DNA of 58,861 nucleotides, counting the filler, from Dirinaria sp. TL-2023a (taxonomy: Eukaryota): NCBI GenBank assembly GCA_051941275.1. It is 4 parts of 4 records of this genome, joined end to end, with 100 filler letters (N's around TTAATTAATTAA, not from the genome) between each part and the next. Parts side by side here need not be neighbours in the genome. Positions count along the whole stretch, not along the records: positions 14,771 to 29,419 come from JAVEBF010000592.1; positions 29,520 to 44,157 come from JAVEBF010000593.1; 2 more parts are not named here. The stretch is one strand, 5' to 3'. Below the pieces are notes generated by a model. It was not told the DNA's origin. It saw nothing but the letters and a program-made list of their open reading frames with translations, and made no database searches. The position numbers were made by a program, and so were the translations under genes. Below, piece by piece: positions 26,101-37,321 of the stretch (within the stretch, counting starts at the first letter, position 1; every line of letters starts with the position of its first letter).

Positions 26101-28075
26101 ACCATGTTGTTACCGCAGATTTCGATGCTTTTCTTGATTTGATAATGGAGGTAATGTCGGTGGCTAATGAATTGATGCTCGATCGACTTGCACAATGCTG
26201 CCAGTTGATCCTTGGCCGCTATGGTGAGTACACTATTGTGCATATGGTTCTTCTGCTAAGTACTCTAGTGAACATGCGCAATGTCTGCCAGCTCCTTAAT
26301 GCGGTCGCACGGTGCTCTGTCACGGAGTTCAAGAATGCCGCTTTGGAGTATATTTGTCTTAACCTAGAAGGGATGTTAGAGAATCAGTGAGTCATAAATT
26401 GCTGTGCTATACCAGCCTATCACTGATTTCGTTTTCTAGCCTGCTAGATGAGCTAGATGAGGATTTGATGCTTGAGTTAGACGAAGTTGTTCGCCAGAAT
26501 CAGCTTGCTTGTCTTCCCTTTGCAAAGAGTGGCAGGGCGGAGGCCGAGTTAATCGATAGGCACCCCGGTTTGAGAGATACTATTGAACGGGGCAGACGTG
26601 CTAAAATCGACTCTTTGGCCCTGCGATCTAGGTTGAGAGACGAGGACGCGTTCTACGCCAATGCAGCAAAAGCTCGCCCGGCACCGCGCAATGACGACGA
26701 TACGCCTTCGTCTTTGCAGAAGATGAAGCCCAGATCGTCTAGTGAAAAAGATGTCCGACTCGATAATCCTCTTAAACAGAAAGCCTCTAACGGAGACTTG
26801 ATGTTTGAAATGGAAGAGGACGATAATCAATCCTTGGCGCAAGGCCACGAAAGAGCATCTGCGTTCGAAGACACTCCTCTGGCCGTACCTCGAACTCCTG
26901 CGTCGAATTTACCCTTAGCTGGATCGTCATCCTCAATGAAAGCAATCACACCGGAACAACAATCTATTCTGGGAGACTCAATCAATCCCCCCCATGATAG
27001 CCCGACACAAGTATCAGAGTACGCGCTATCGCCCAACAATATCGGCATGACGGCTGGCGTCTGGAAATCATCAGCATTCGAATCTTCGAAATTAACCATG
27101 AAAGAAATCATGGACCAAGCGTCGTTGTCAAGCAGAACGTCAAACCTTTCATCTGGTCTAGCGCTAAAAGCTCGCAATACCGACAATATCCCGAGTGGAT
27201 CAGCAGCTAAGCTCTCTCAAAGAGAACGAAAGAGGCAGCAACAACAAGCACAACTGCAGCAGCAGGATAGCTCAGCTTCGCCCGAGGCCATTGCGCAGTC
27301 GGAAGATGCAGCAAATCCGACGTCGCCGTGGCAAGTGGCTGGCCAGGGGTCCAAGGTCTCGTTAAAAGATGTTCTCGCCGTTGAGGCTACCAAATCTCCA
27401 TCCTCACCTTTACAACAGAAGGCAGGCCGTCAAGCTTCCGCACCACCCCTGACACTTCGGCAGACTGTTCCAGGAAAGGCACCAGCTCCTCAAGGGTCCG
27501 CTGGCGGAAGATCTCAACAACAAGAACAACAAGGTACAACACCTAAACGTAGCGTTTCGACTCCTAGCGCAATCAAGAAGCCGTCTGCTGCACCCTTGGA
27601 GGCACCCTTGGAGGGGAGCAGCACACCATCCCCAAATATTCGGTCGATTCGACATGGTCCTCCGCCAGTCGAGCCCTCTCTTCAGCTCTCGATGGCCGAT
27701 ATTCTTGCCCAGCAGCAGATCGAGAAAGATGTCATCAAGGAAGCGGTCGCCAAGCGAAGCCTTCAAGAGATTCAAGAAGAACAGGCTTTCCAGGAATGGT
27801 GGGATCAGGAAAGCAAGAAAGTCCAGGAGGAAGAAGCCGCAAGAGGTAAGACGGTAAATCAAAGAGGTGGGAGGGGCAGGGGGGGACGAGGCAGGTCGAG
27901 AAACTCGCGAGGAAGAGGAAGAGGTCGTGGAGCACTTCTGTCAACGGAGAATGCCACAGAACAGGCACAAAGTCAGCGCTCAAGGGAGACGCTGAGCGAG
28001 GAGCGAGGTAGCAAGTCCACAGGCCGACGTGATGCACGGCGCGATCATAGTGAAGGCGGACGAATTCAGCGATGA
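23118..28075 (+). CDS. Ankyrin + RCC1 repeat + tandem BTB/POZ protein (IBTK / S. pombe Btb1-like)
   Basis: 'QDAESGWTALHRALYFGN' ankyrin; RCC1 repeats 'FGSNKNFTLG', 'GFGSGGRLGTG', 'WGINAFGQLG'; BTB 'VHEFVLAGRS' and 'VHSAMICHRCPFF'; C-terminal 'SLQEIQEEQAFQEWW'. Introns 26224-26268 and about 26387-26439. Confidence 0.9.
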
Positions 28076-28463
28076 CAGGGCATCGACCAACTAGAATTTG
28101 TTATTGGCTGTGTGTACGATGTGGTCGAGATGGTAAAGCATATCATGAACCCAGAAGTCTTGTTACGAAATGAGGGATGCCTTCAAGCCTTTGTAGATAT
28201 AGCATGGCTCCCTGTGCATATAAACATGTATTTTATCAGCTCACATTCTAGAGATATGTGCTTCATGCCTGTAGCTAGTTTAGTTGCGTATTAGCACTGA
28301 ATGGCGCAGCACACGACTAGGGTTGCTTCAGGGCATGGATACGGCCTACGCATGTTGCTAACGTCTCATCCACCTGCTGTTGAAGGCAGTATTAGGGCGG
28401 CAGTACTTGCTCACGGCATGACAGCAAGGCGTTAGCCTGTGCTATGTTCTTCACTTCGATGTA

Positions 28464-29419
28464 ATGAATAGGAGACTATTCTCCTCCCTACAATGCCTTC
28501 GATCTCATGAAAACCCTCTGGTAAGTGCCCAGCCAAAGGCCATCAGGATATACCTACTGAATTACAATATAGGGAATACCCTCCCGTCGACCACCTCCGC
28601 AAATCCCAAGGCGAGGTCTACCAGCCAAGCGCCGCATACCAGATGTGAAAAAGGTGGTTGCGGTCTCGTCTGCGAAGGGAGGAGTCGGGAAATCAACTTT
28701 GGCAGGTGGGCCTTGATCCACCCAAGAACAGAAAAATCCGGCAGCTTCGATATCTGACTATGGGTGAACAGTCAACCTTGCACTGCAATTCGCCCGCAAT
28801 GGCCACCGAAGCGGTATCCTCGACACGGACATCTTCGGTCCTTCGATCCCCACCATCATGGGTCTCGGTGATGCTCCAGAGCCACGCCTTACTGCTCGTG
28901 CGGCAAGCCCCTCCTACTCAAAACACAAAAAAAAAACAACAAAAGAAAAAAAAAAAACCAAAAAAGGGGGGAAAAGCAAAACACTGGGGCATATTTTGAC
29001 TGACGACCAAAATAGGGAATCACCTTATCCCTATCACCAATTACGGCGTGAAATCCATGTCAATGGGATACCTGGTGCGACAAGATGCCCCTGTCGCATG
29101 GAGGGGGATGATGGTTGTGAAAGCGCTGCAACAACTGCTCCATGAAGTGGAATGGGGAGGGTTGGATATGCTTGTGCTGGACCTGCCTCCCGGGACGGGG
29201 GATACGCAGTTGACGATTGCGCAGCAGGTGAAGCTTGATGGTGCGTGCTGATTTTCGCTTCTCCTAAACACCGAACTACAGTAAAAAAGAGAATCTAATA
29301 TATGAGTGGCTTGGTGTTTTTCAGGGGTGGCCATCGTCTCCACACCCCAGGATGTTGCGCTCAAGGATACCCTGAAGGGCATCTCCATGTTCGAGAAAAT
29401 GAATGTACCGGTATATATT
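28464..29419 (+). CDS. IND1: Mitochondrial P-loop Fe-S assembly NTPase Ind1/NUBPL (Mrp/NBP35 family); truncated at contig end
   Basis: 'LRSHENPL', Walker A '[12 protein letters not shown]', '[10 protein letters not shown]', 'SMSMGYL...WRGMMV', 'LDLPPGTGD', 'VSTPQDVAL'; contig ends inside an intron. Confidence 0.9.
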
Positions 29420-29519
29420 NNNNNNNNNNNNNNNNNNNNNNNNNNNNNNNNNNNNNNNNNNNNTTAATTAATTAANNNNNNNNNNNNNNNNNNNNNNNNN
29501 NNNNNNNNNNNNNNNNNNN
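29420..29519. other. Artificial contig spacer
   Basis: Same 44N-TTAATTAATTAA-44N linker. Confidence 0.97.
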
Positions 29520-29858
29520 GAAGCAAAAGCAAAAAGCAACGAGGGATCATTTATGTATGCATGTAAACTCTTAGATCTTTTGTGTGGCCTAGCGCCTTTT
29601 TGTTATCTGTTTCTCCTTTTGTGTGTGAATTGAAATAGTAAAAGTAAAAATTTGCCCCAACGAAAAAAAAAAAAAAAAGGATGGATGTGAGAGGCGATCT
29701 TGATTTGTTTCAATCTAACCTACCTACCAACCTACTCAACTGCTATCATACTTGCCTATCTCAGCAATCATTGGCTATTGCTGCTGCTGCTGCTATCGAC
29801 CTTCTTCTCAGCAAAAAACACACTGATTCCGTTTTCTCCCCCTTTACAACTCAAAATC

Positions 29859-31036
29859 TCACCTCCTATTCCGGTTCATGCCGAGGATCTGCACCATCCT
29901 TATAAAAATATTCAAAAAGTCCAGCTCCAGGCTGATGCTCTCATTGACCGCATCCCTCTTGACGACGCCATTCTGCGCTAACCTCGCGTTCCGGAGCACT
30001 TTCTGCACATCGTACAATGTAAACCCGCCGAAGACGGCCAAGCCGCCGTATAACCAGATGCGCTCGCTCCACATCAGCGTCCGCGCGGCGGTGGCGGGTA
30101 AGACGAGGGGCGCGAAGCCGCTCACTGCGACGATGGCGACGCCGGCCAGTAAGGGCCCGCCGAGGTAAAGGTATTTTTCTTGCTTGGCCGTCGCGCCTAC
30201 GAAGGCGATGCTGCCCATCATCGCGACGGTGTAGAGGCCTGCGCGGGCGAGGATGGCGGGCTGCATGAAGAGGAGGGGGGATAGGAGTGCCGCTTGGGAG
30301 GCGTTGAAGACGGACCAGAGGGCGTATTTTTGGACGTAGCTATATTTGAGTCAGTAAGTGGATGTGCTCATCTCCATGCACTGGCTTCCAAACATGCACC
30401 AAGGAAGATAGCGAGGAAGCCATATCAAAGTCACACACGAGAATTTTCAAGGGGAACGGAAAGTGGGGTAGGGTAGGAAACATACTTATCAGGATCCGTA
30501 GCAAAGCACCCCATCATACTGCCAATGCTAGCCACCAGCCCACCTCCCATCACCAACCAGGGATTCATGCTCATGAGGCGGAAACTCCATCCGGTACTAT
30601 GCAACGCTTTCGCAACGACCCCGATCATCCCCACTCCCAGACCCGTATGCAGGAACGTTTCGTTGAGGTACGCCCGCTCGAATGGCGGCATGCCGCCATC
30701 CTCACGCGTCTCGCGGTTGAAGAGCAGGTTCGTGGCGAGCATGGTTCCGCCGACGATGGCGCCGCCGTACAGCAGTTTGGAGCCCAGCGAGCCCCCCATG
30801 TCGGGCCTCTGCGTGTACGTTGCCGGTTGCGCATATGTTCTTTGGCCGCCGCTGCGGAAGCCATGCTTGACGAGGGAGGAGAGGGAGGCGGAGGTCGGTT
30901 TCCGCGGAATTTGGGCCGAGGGTTTGGGAGAGGTGTGGAATGTCCGCAGGACGCTGGTGGAGGGGGTTGTTGTTGGTTTTGGGATCTGCTTTAAGGCCGT
31001 TGTGATGGCGAAGGGACGCCGGAGAACGAACGCCAT
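29859..31036 (-). CDS. Mitochondrial Bax inhibitor-1 family protein (GHITM/MICS1/TMBIM5-like)
   Basis: Targeting-like start MAFVLRRPF; 'NRETREDGGMPPFERAYLNETF', 'AGLYT..MMGS', 'YLYLGGPL', 'LYDVQK', 'LDFLNIFIRMV'. One intron, 30340-30485. Confidence 0.9.
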
Positions 31037-31389
31037 GATGGATGTGATGTGGAAGGGGGACTTTGGTCGGATGTAGGAGGACGTTAATTTGTAGGATGAG
31101 GTCGACGTTCGAGGAATGGCAGCTAGAAAGGCGGGTAAATTCACGTGACTGGGCTTTGCTAGAAGAGGAAATGCAATCGCCACCTCACTGTCAGTCCTTC
31201 AGCATAGAAGCTGCTCGAACACGAAAGGCGTCGGGAGACATCAGTCAAGTAAGGCACATGTGATTTGTACGAGACAATATTCACATAATCATCATCAATG
31301 CTGAAGAGTCCTCGTACGACGAGTTCTATGCCAAGAATGCTCCCTGGCATTGAATGCCGAAATGCCAAAAGACCCAGTTATCATGGAGG

Positions 31390-34122
31390 TCAATACCTTG
31401 CTCTCACTCCGCCTCTCAAATTCTCCCTCCACAGACAGCACACACTTCTCGCTTCACACCATTCTTTCACCATACCAGAGCTGACCTCTTCGTCCACGCC
31501 TACTTTTCCTAACCCTTCTGTGTTCAGCCACAGCGCTAAATCTTCGAGTACAATAGGATCGTACATCAGCATCTTCTCGTACCACGTCAGATTGTTCATG
31601 TCATGTGTCGGCGGGTAGGTTGTTACTGCTTCCGTAATCTTGTCCAGCAGCGCTGTACGATCAAGCGGAGTCAACGTCGTGTCGGCGGACGAGGTCGGAT
31701 CCGGCTGGGCTACTGCCAAAGGCGAAGGAGGTAGGCCGTCAGTTATTAGAGGCTTAGGCGTAGCATCGAGGTCGACAATGTCTTCTGTAGTAGGCGTAGG
31801 TTTGCTCTTGGCTGGCGAAGTCTTCTTTGCCGCTTGTTTTGGCGATGATGCCGCCGCCACCGCCTTCTTTGGCCTGCCTTTTGTCCTTGTCAAGGGCCGG
31901 TCTTTCCCTCCCCTCTCTTCGTTCTCGTTCGGTTGAGCGGGAGCTTTCGCTTTCGGAGGTCTGCCTCTCTTTTTGGCAGGATTTGCCTCCCTGGGCGGAC
32001 TTTTCTGCTTAGGTAGCTCCGAGTCAACTTCAACAGCAACGGGCACTTCTGACGGATATACATTCGTTGAGAACGACTGTAAAGCAGCACTGTTCTTGCT
32101 TTTCCAGCATTTCTCAAGTAGAGCAATTTGCTGATCTCTTCTCTTGATCGGCTTGAAACCATAAGCTGCAATACCTTTGGTGAGCTCCGCCGTTGTGAAG
32201 CCGCGGTAGTTAGGCATTCCTTGCGGCTTTTCTTCCACAGACTGCCCCTTCAGGATATGCTCACCGGACTTTTTGATAGGAGATCGGCTTCGGGGACGGT
32301 TTCGCAATGACGCCTCTGCCAACGACCTTGGGATGGGGACTTGAATGTCCTGATTAGCTCGACTTGAGGTCGAGGTTGAATTGCTATCCACTGCGTCAGG
32401 CCCTTTAGGAGTATCATCGATAATGGTCCATCCCGAGTTGTCCGCTTTTGCAGGTTGGGCCTCTGATACGTCGCCGTCTCGTGAAACCCGTGGATTTGGC
32501 GTGATGGAAAGGTCGACGAATTCAGCATCCTGCAGAGCCCCATTTTGGTTTCTAGCAGCGGCAGACCATAAATTTCTCGAAGCAGTATAAAGAAAGGTAT
32601 TGGAGCCAGCTGTAGAACCAGAGGCTGTACTTGACGGTATTGCTCCATCGTGAGCTGGCAGAGTGGTAGAGTTGAAAGTCTCAGACTCCGCGATGGCTTG
32701 CTGCATTTCCCTGAGATAAGCAGGGCACTCATCGCGCGCAAGTTGACTTGAGGTACCGAACAGTAGATCCTGTTGGTCTGTGCTCTTCAAGGCTGCCTCT
32801 GGCGGCAGAAGTACTGAGACTTCTTTGGAACGTTTCTTGCCTGTAGCTTTACCCTCGCCAGTCCTCTTTTTCCGAGCTTTGCCCTTTGAGAGCTGTCCAG
32901 TTTCAACGCTGTCGACTTCATTCGTGATTTCTGGATTGCTATCAAGAGCTAGATATTGGCGAATGCCATTTGGCTGAGGTTCACCAATTGAAATAAATGG
33001 CGCAGTGGCCTTGCCAGTTACTGTTTGAGGCTTCTTCTTGGGAGATTTGCTCTTGAATCTAACGACGTCAGATGAAGGGCCAAGGCTGACTGGTACAAGC
33101 TGGTTCTCAATTAGCTGTAGCCTATTGCCTGGATCGTGCGAGCCCACCTCAACCTTGCGCCTTTTTGTCAAAGCTTCTCCACTAGATCTTCTTGCAATTT
33201 CAGGTTTCGTCGTGACAGCGCTAGTTTTGTGAGCGTACTCGTAATCCCCAAGGAGGCTCTTTAAATGCTCGCAGCGTGGCTCGCCAGCTGTAGGATCTTG
33301 AAGCTTGGATTGGCCCTCCAGCGTTTCGTCGACGCTGTCAGGAGTTAAGGAGTCATCGTCTGTGTCTTTGATTGGTGTCCAATTCCTCCTACGCCTTACT
33401 GCTCCCTCGAGACCTAGTGTAATGTCGCCGTCTTGGGTTACAGATGCCTCTGAAACCTCCTGCTCCAATGGCTCTTCGAGTGTCTGAGCGCTCTTCGGCC
33501 CTTTTGACTCATTCTTGCTTGGGCGAGACCCAGCAGCTTTTGTCACTTTGCCTTTCTTGATCGTCGACTGCACGGAAGACTTGACAGTCTTCGAACAAGT
33601 TTTCTGGGCGGCGCGTGCCTCTACCGCCTCCGAAGCCGTACCAGAGAGATTATTGGCAATTGATTTTCTCGCACTCCGAAAGTCCTCTGCAGGCGCCTCT
33701 TGGGGCTTTGGATGTAATACGTTGCCCGCCTTGAGTGCTTCGGAGCGTGTTGTCGTTGTGTCGCCTCCTGTTACTGCTTTGCGCGTTTGTTTATTGGACT
33801 TCGACAGCCCCTGCCCTCCATCTGTTTTCCCGTCGGTCGGGGAATCCGCTTTGTCTAACGGTGTTGCGTCGTCTGAGAGAATGACAGCTGAGGGCTGGCG
33901 CGACTGACTCGAGGCTCGGGCGAGTCCAATGGCGGGTTTTCCTGGGCATGGACTACCCTTGCTACTTATTTGGGCGCGTTTAGAGATCTCGACGAAGAAT
34001 TTGGAGACAGATGGTAGTCCAGGGGAAGAGGACATGTTGTATGACTTTGCTAGAGGTGTTCTGTCGCAGACCTGTGGGACTGGCGACGACGACGTGAGAA
34101 TAATGGGAGACGCAGCTGCCAT
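31390..34122 (-). CDS. SLX4: Structure-specific endonuclease subunit Slx4
   Basis: 'RRRNWTP', 'QDLLFGTSSQL', SAP-like 'MPNY..F..AEL...IAAYGFKPIK' and C-terminal CCD 'WYEKMLMYDPIVLEDLALWLN...VKEWCEARSVCCLW'. Probable intron 33100-33147. Confidence 0.92.
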   Translation of the reverse strand: MAAASPIILTSSSPVPQVCDRTPLAKSYNMSSSPGLPSVSKFFVEISKRAQISSKGSPCPGKPAIGLARASSQSRQPSAVILSDDATPLDKADSPTDGKTDGGQGLSKSNKQTRKAVTGGDTTTTRSEALKAGNVLHPKPQEAPAEDFRSARKSIANNLSGTASEAVEARAAQKTCSKTVKSSVQSTIKKGKVTKAAGSRPSKNESKGPKSAQTLEEPLEQEVSEASVTQDGDITLGLEGAVRRRRNWTPIKDTDDDSLTPDSVDETLEGQSKLQDPTAGEPRCEHLKSLLGDYEYAHKTSAVTTKPEIARRSSGEALTKRRKVEVGSHDPGNRLQLIENQLVPVSLGPSSDVVRFKSKSPKKKPQTVTGKATAPFISIGEPQPNGIRQYLALDSNPEITNEVDSVETGQLSKGKARKKRTGEGKATGKKRSKEVSVLLPPEAALKSTDQQDLLFGTSSQLARDECPAYLREMQQAIAESETFNSTTLPAHDGAIPSSTASGSTAGSNTFLYTASRNLWSAAARNQNGALQDAEFVDLSITPNPRVSRDGDVSEAQPAKADNSGWTIIDDTPKGPDAVDSNSTSTSSRANQDIQVPIPRSLAEASLRNRPRSRSPIKKSGEHILKGQSVEEKPQGMPNYRGFTTAELTKGIAAYGFKPIKRRDQQIALLEKCWKSKNSAALQSFSTNVYPSEVPVAVEVDSELPKQKSPPREANPAKKRGRPPKAKAPAQPNENEERGGKDRPLTRTKGRPKKAVAAASSPKQAAKKTSPAKSKPTPTTEDIVDLDATPKPLITDGLPPSPLAVAQPDPTSSADTTLTPLDRTALLDKITEAVTTYPPTHDMNNLTWYEKMLMYDPIVLEDLALWLNTEGLGKVGVDEEVSSGMVKEWCEARSVCCLWRENLRGGVRARY

Positions 34123-35147
34123 GTTGGCAAAGCGCAACGAGAACAGCGATCGAGTCAGGGTTGCTACTTCATCATAGTGTAAAGCCGCCACTTTATGGAC
34201 CCGGCGTTCGCCTGTTGTGATTTCATATCATCGGGCAACGCATGTGGGTGAACAACAGTCGATACCAGGCACGTCATCACGTGATCATGCTACAATTGAG
34301 CAGTGCCGAGATAGCTGGCAAAATCGCCATGCTTTGGCAATGAGGCAATCAAGGAATGAAACTTAACATTAATTGGTATTTCTGGCATTTAACATAACAC
34401 TGCAAAAAGGCATGCCATCAGTTCCTCGAGAGTATACTAAAATCAGACCGTGATTTGATAGCTTTAGCAGATGTCAAACAGACGGCCACCAGCACTATGC
34501 AAAGAAACGGCACGTTGCGCCAGAATCTGATTACACAACCCAACCCGAAAGTCGGATGTTGAGTGGTTCAGAGAGCTACTGATAATTCCATGTAGTTTGG
34601 CGCGACTGCTTAGTCTAGCCTTTTCTCAGGCAATTGCAGCGATCTGTGTGGCGAGAATTGCTTTGCATAGAATCCGTATTTATGTATCCTAGAGAGTGTG
34701 TGGGTAACAATAGTCGGTGTCTCGTATCTAGGCCGGTTCATATGATGATACCGCTAGACCGATCATGATCTCCATCAACTTTCCCCTTCTCACGCTCAAG
34801 TAGATTTGGCGGAGTTTCTGTCCGAGTTTGGACCCGAAAGTCTTGCGAACTCTCAGCTTTCGCGGCTCTTCAGGCCCTTCATTCTCTTCTTCAGGCGTCT
34901 GTAGTGGGATGGCAAGGCAACTATAGCCAATATAGTATATACTGCATCCTCCGCCCCTGGACCGCGCGTCGTTCCTTATGTGGGCTCATGCAAGGCTACT
35001 GCCTGACCCAGCAAGATCTGTCGATTAGACTTCAGGCTTTTTGTGGTGGAACATCATATCTTCGGAATATTATATAAGCGCAGCAAGGGCGGTGAAGAGA
35101 GCACGGGCGGTCTCTCATCCATGGTCTGATATCGGTGAAGAGGACTC

Positions 35148-35812
35148 TCATCCTGTATGTTCTACACTTTCAGGGTTTTTGCGCGTCAAGAAGTCCACAT
35201 ACGCAAGCCTTCGCCCTCGCGCGAGGCCGGCGAGATCCTGGAGAAGGCCGAATGCTAGACCACTGTAGAGACCTAGTTTGGCAGTACGAGCAGCTGTGGT
35301 CAGGGGCAGTCTATCTGCTGGAGGTTTAGCCTGCAGTGCTCTAGCTCGACCGTTAACTTGCGACAGGACTTACTCCACAAGCTCCAGGCGCCAGCGACAG
35401 TCAAAGTAGCCACAGTCGTAGATACGAAGTCTTTGTCGCGCGGACCGCGGATGTTGTCGACGGCTGCCTCCAGGGCAAACACACTCCCGGCCCACAAGGA
35501 AAGCTTGGGACCCAATTTCAAGCCATCTTTCAAACCTCCGAGCATCGCATTGTAGTTCTTGCTTTTGTGATAGAGGTACCAACCTTTCTGCGTGGTTGGG
35601 AGGCGGTGAGCGTTCTCGGCTCGGAAGCGCAGACCGGATGTTTGGCTGCCATGGGAGACGCCTAGGAACAGTCCTGTAGCGAAGCCACCGAGTGCTCCGT
35701 ATGTGCAGCGAGCTGGGGTAGGTAGAGAAAGGCGGTCCTGATCGTTATTGACTGTGGTTGCCTGTGCGGACGAAGCTGGGGAAGGGTGTAATTGAGACCG
35801 CTCTTCGGTCAT
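35148..35812 (-). CDS. Conserved fungal Tim17/22/23-like mitochondrial membrane protein
   Basis: 'LRFRAENAHRLPTTQKGWYLYHKSKNY' and Gly-rich TM helices. An intron after 'AWSLW' (about 35314-35372) leads to exon 2 'NRLPLTTAARTAKLGL...LLQD...LAYVDF', stop at 35148. Confidence 0.75.
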
Positions 35813-36314
35813 GTTCGTTCCACCAGTGAAGTGCCTTACTGCAGATTACTGTACCCCTCGTGCCTATGGACAGGTTAGAAGGGCGATTACCTAAGATACG
35901 GGTTACCTTATGTTGTCTGACCTCGCCAACCTGGTCTGACATCCTGATACCGTCACCGCCACAATTGTTAATCCGGCACCAGCGGGACGAAGGTGGGTAA
36001 GGACTACCTTACCTTACCTCTTAAGGTACATTGCCTTAGGTACCTTACTTTACCCTACCCTTATCTTACTCGCAGCCTAACGAGCGAGCGTGCCTGCCAG
36101 CCTGGTAAGGTCCCGTTAGTGTAATGTATGATTCATCCCTTGCAACAATCAGTCTTGGCGTCAGAGCGAACAGGGATCAGCAGAGCCACATGAGCTTCTG
36201 CAACAATATAAAGCAAAGGTACATGTAGGTAATACTACGCTCATTACGAAGAAAAGTTTCGCTCTCGCCAGCTTTCCATTTCCCTCCCCAGTCTCTACAT
36301 TTCCTGATTCTAAG

Positions 36315-36984
36315 ATGGTGAGTTCTTCTTGTTGTGAAAGGCCAGCTGCCAATGACCCGGCTAATCACTTGCCCAGTCCGCCCAAAATTCGAAAGGCATC
36401 CAAACCCTCCTTGATGTAAGCTTCACCGCCTCACTGCATTGCGCGAAAGCAGCTGAAGAAAGGCCTCCCAGGCAGAGCGAGAAGCACAGAAGATAGTCCA
36501 AAAAGGTATGCCCCGTTTTTCTCCAACAATTGTATTGAATACCATCTAACGTGGAAGCAGCACGAGAATGTATGCCCCTCCTCGCCGCTTCTCAGTCCAT
36601 TCCTCCGTAGATTCCGTTCTGAAGATCTTTCTCTTGCAGACCGCACACAACGCGTCAAAGACGCTCGTCACGAAGCCCAGAAAGAAATTGATCATTATCG
36701 CCAGCAGAAAGACGACGAATTCAAGAAGTTCGAGAAGGAGGTATGCTCGGCCACGGCCACTGTCCCGTGGCTCTCTCGACTTGCTGACGTCCCCTGCCGG
36801 ACAGCACACAAGCGGCAACAAGAAAGCCGAGGAGGACGCCCGCAAAGATGCCGACGAACAGGTGAACGAGATAAAGTCTGCGGGTCAGAAATCAGGTGAT
36901 AAAGTTATCGACGACTTGCTCAGGGTGGTCACGGACGTGAAGCCCGAGGTCCCTGATCGCGTTGCCGCTCCACCAAAGGCGTAA
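36315..36984 (+). CDS. VMA10: V-type ATPase subunit G
   Basis: Spliced M|SAQNSKGIQTLLD|AEREAQKIVQK|ARE|YRTQRVKDARHEAQKEID...|HTSGNKKAEE...VTDVKPEVP. First coding exon is the ATG alone; 9-nt exon at 36561-36569. Confidence 0.93.
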
Positions 36985-37321
36985 TCGTTCCAAGGTCTGG
37001 GTGGCCAAATTGTTCTTTGGAGTTGCTGCATATCATGAGCTTGAAAAACCAATAGAGTACACCAGCAGTACACGATCGATGTCAAAAACCTCTTATTACT
37101 TGTCCAATCTATGCTAAATGATCGCAAATGACGCAGGGAGCAAGCCTGGAGAAACACGATGCTATCTAACAAGGTCGCGAACACCGATCGAATCTGCAAT
37201 CGATGACTTGCTCAAATGTGGTAGTGCTGTGTTGTGAGAATCACATATCCAGGCGCTCATGGGCCCCTATATCCAAGCCAGCTGCTACTATGAAAGATAA
37301 AAAAAAAATGAAGCCTCATCA

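Noticed and set aside
12249..28075. Apparent proteostasis cluster (DCAF11, ATG13, BTB adaptor)
   Set aside because: DCAF11 is on a different contig, and the rest are ordinary housekeeping neighbours.
28900..29016. Lys-rich peptides from A-tracts (also near 14400, 22345 and 29663)
   Set aside because: Poly(A)/poly(T) tracts inside introns or intergenic DNA; not coding.
30362..31076. Long antisense ORFs over GHITM (and similar ones over other genes)
   Set aside because: Shadow ORFs from GC-rich codon usage on the real coding strand.
34535..34560. caacccaaccc as a telomerase RNA template
   Set aside because: It does not match the TAACCC template for TTAGGG, and I could not identify a pseudoknot or CR4/5.
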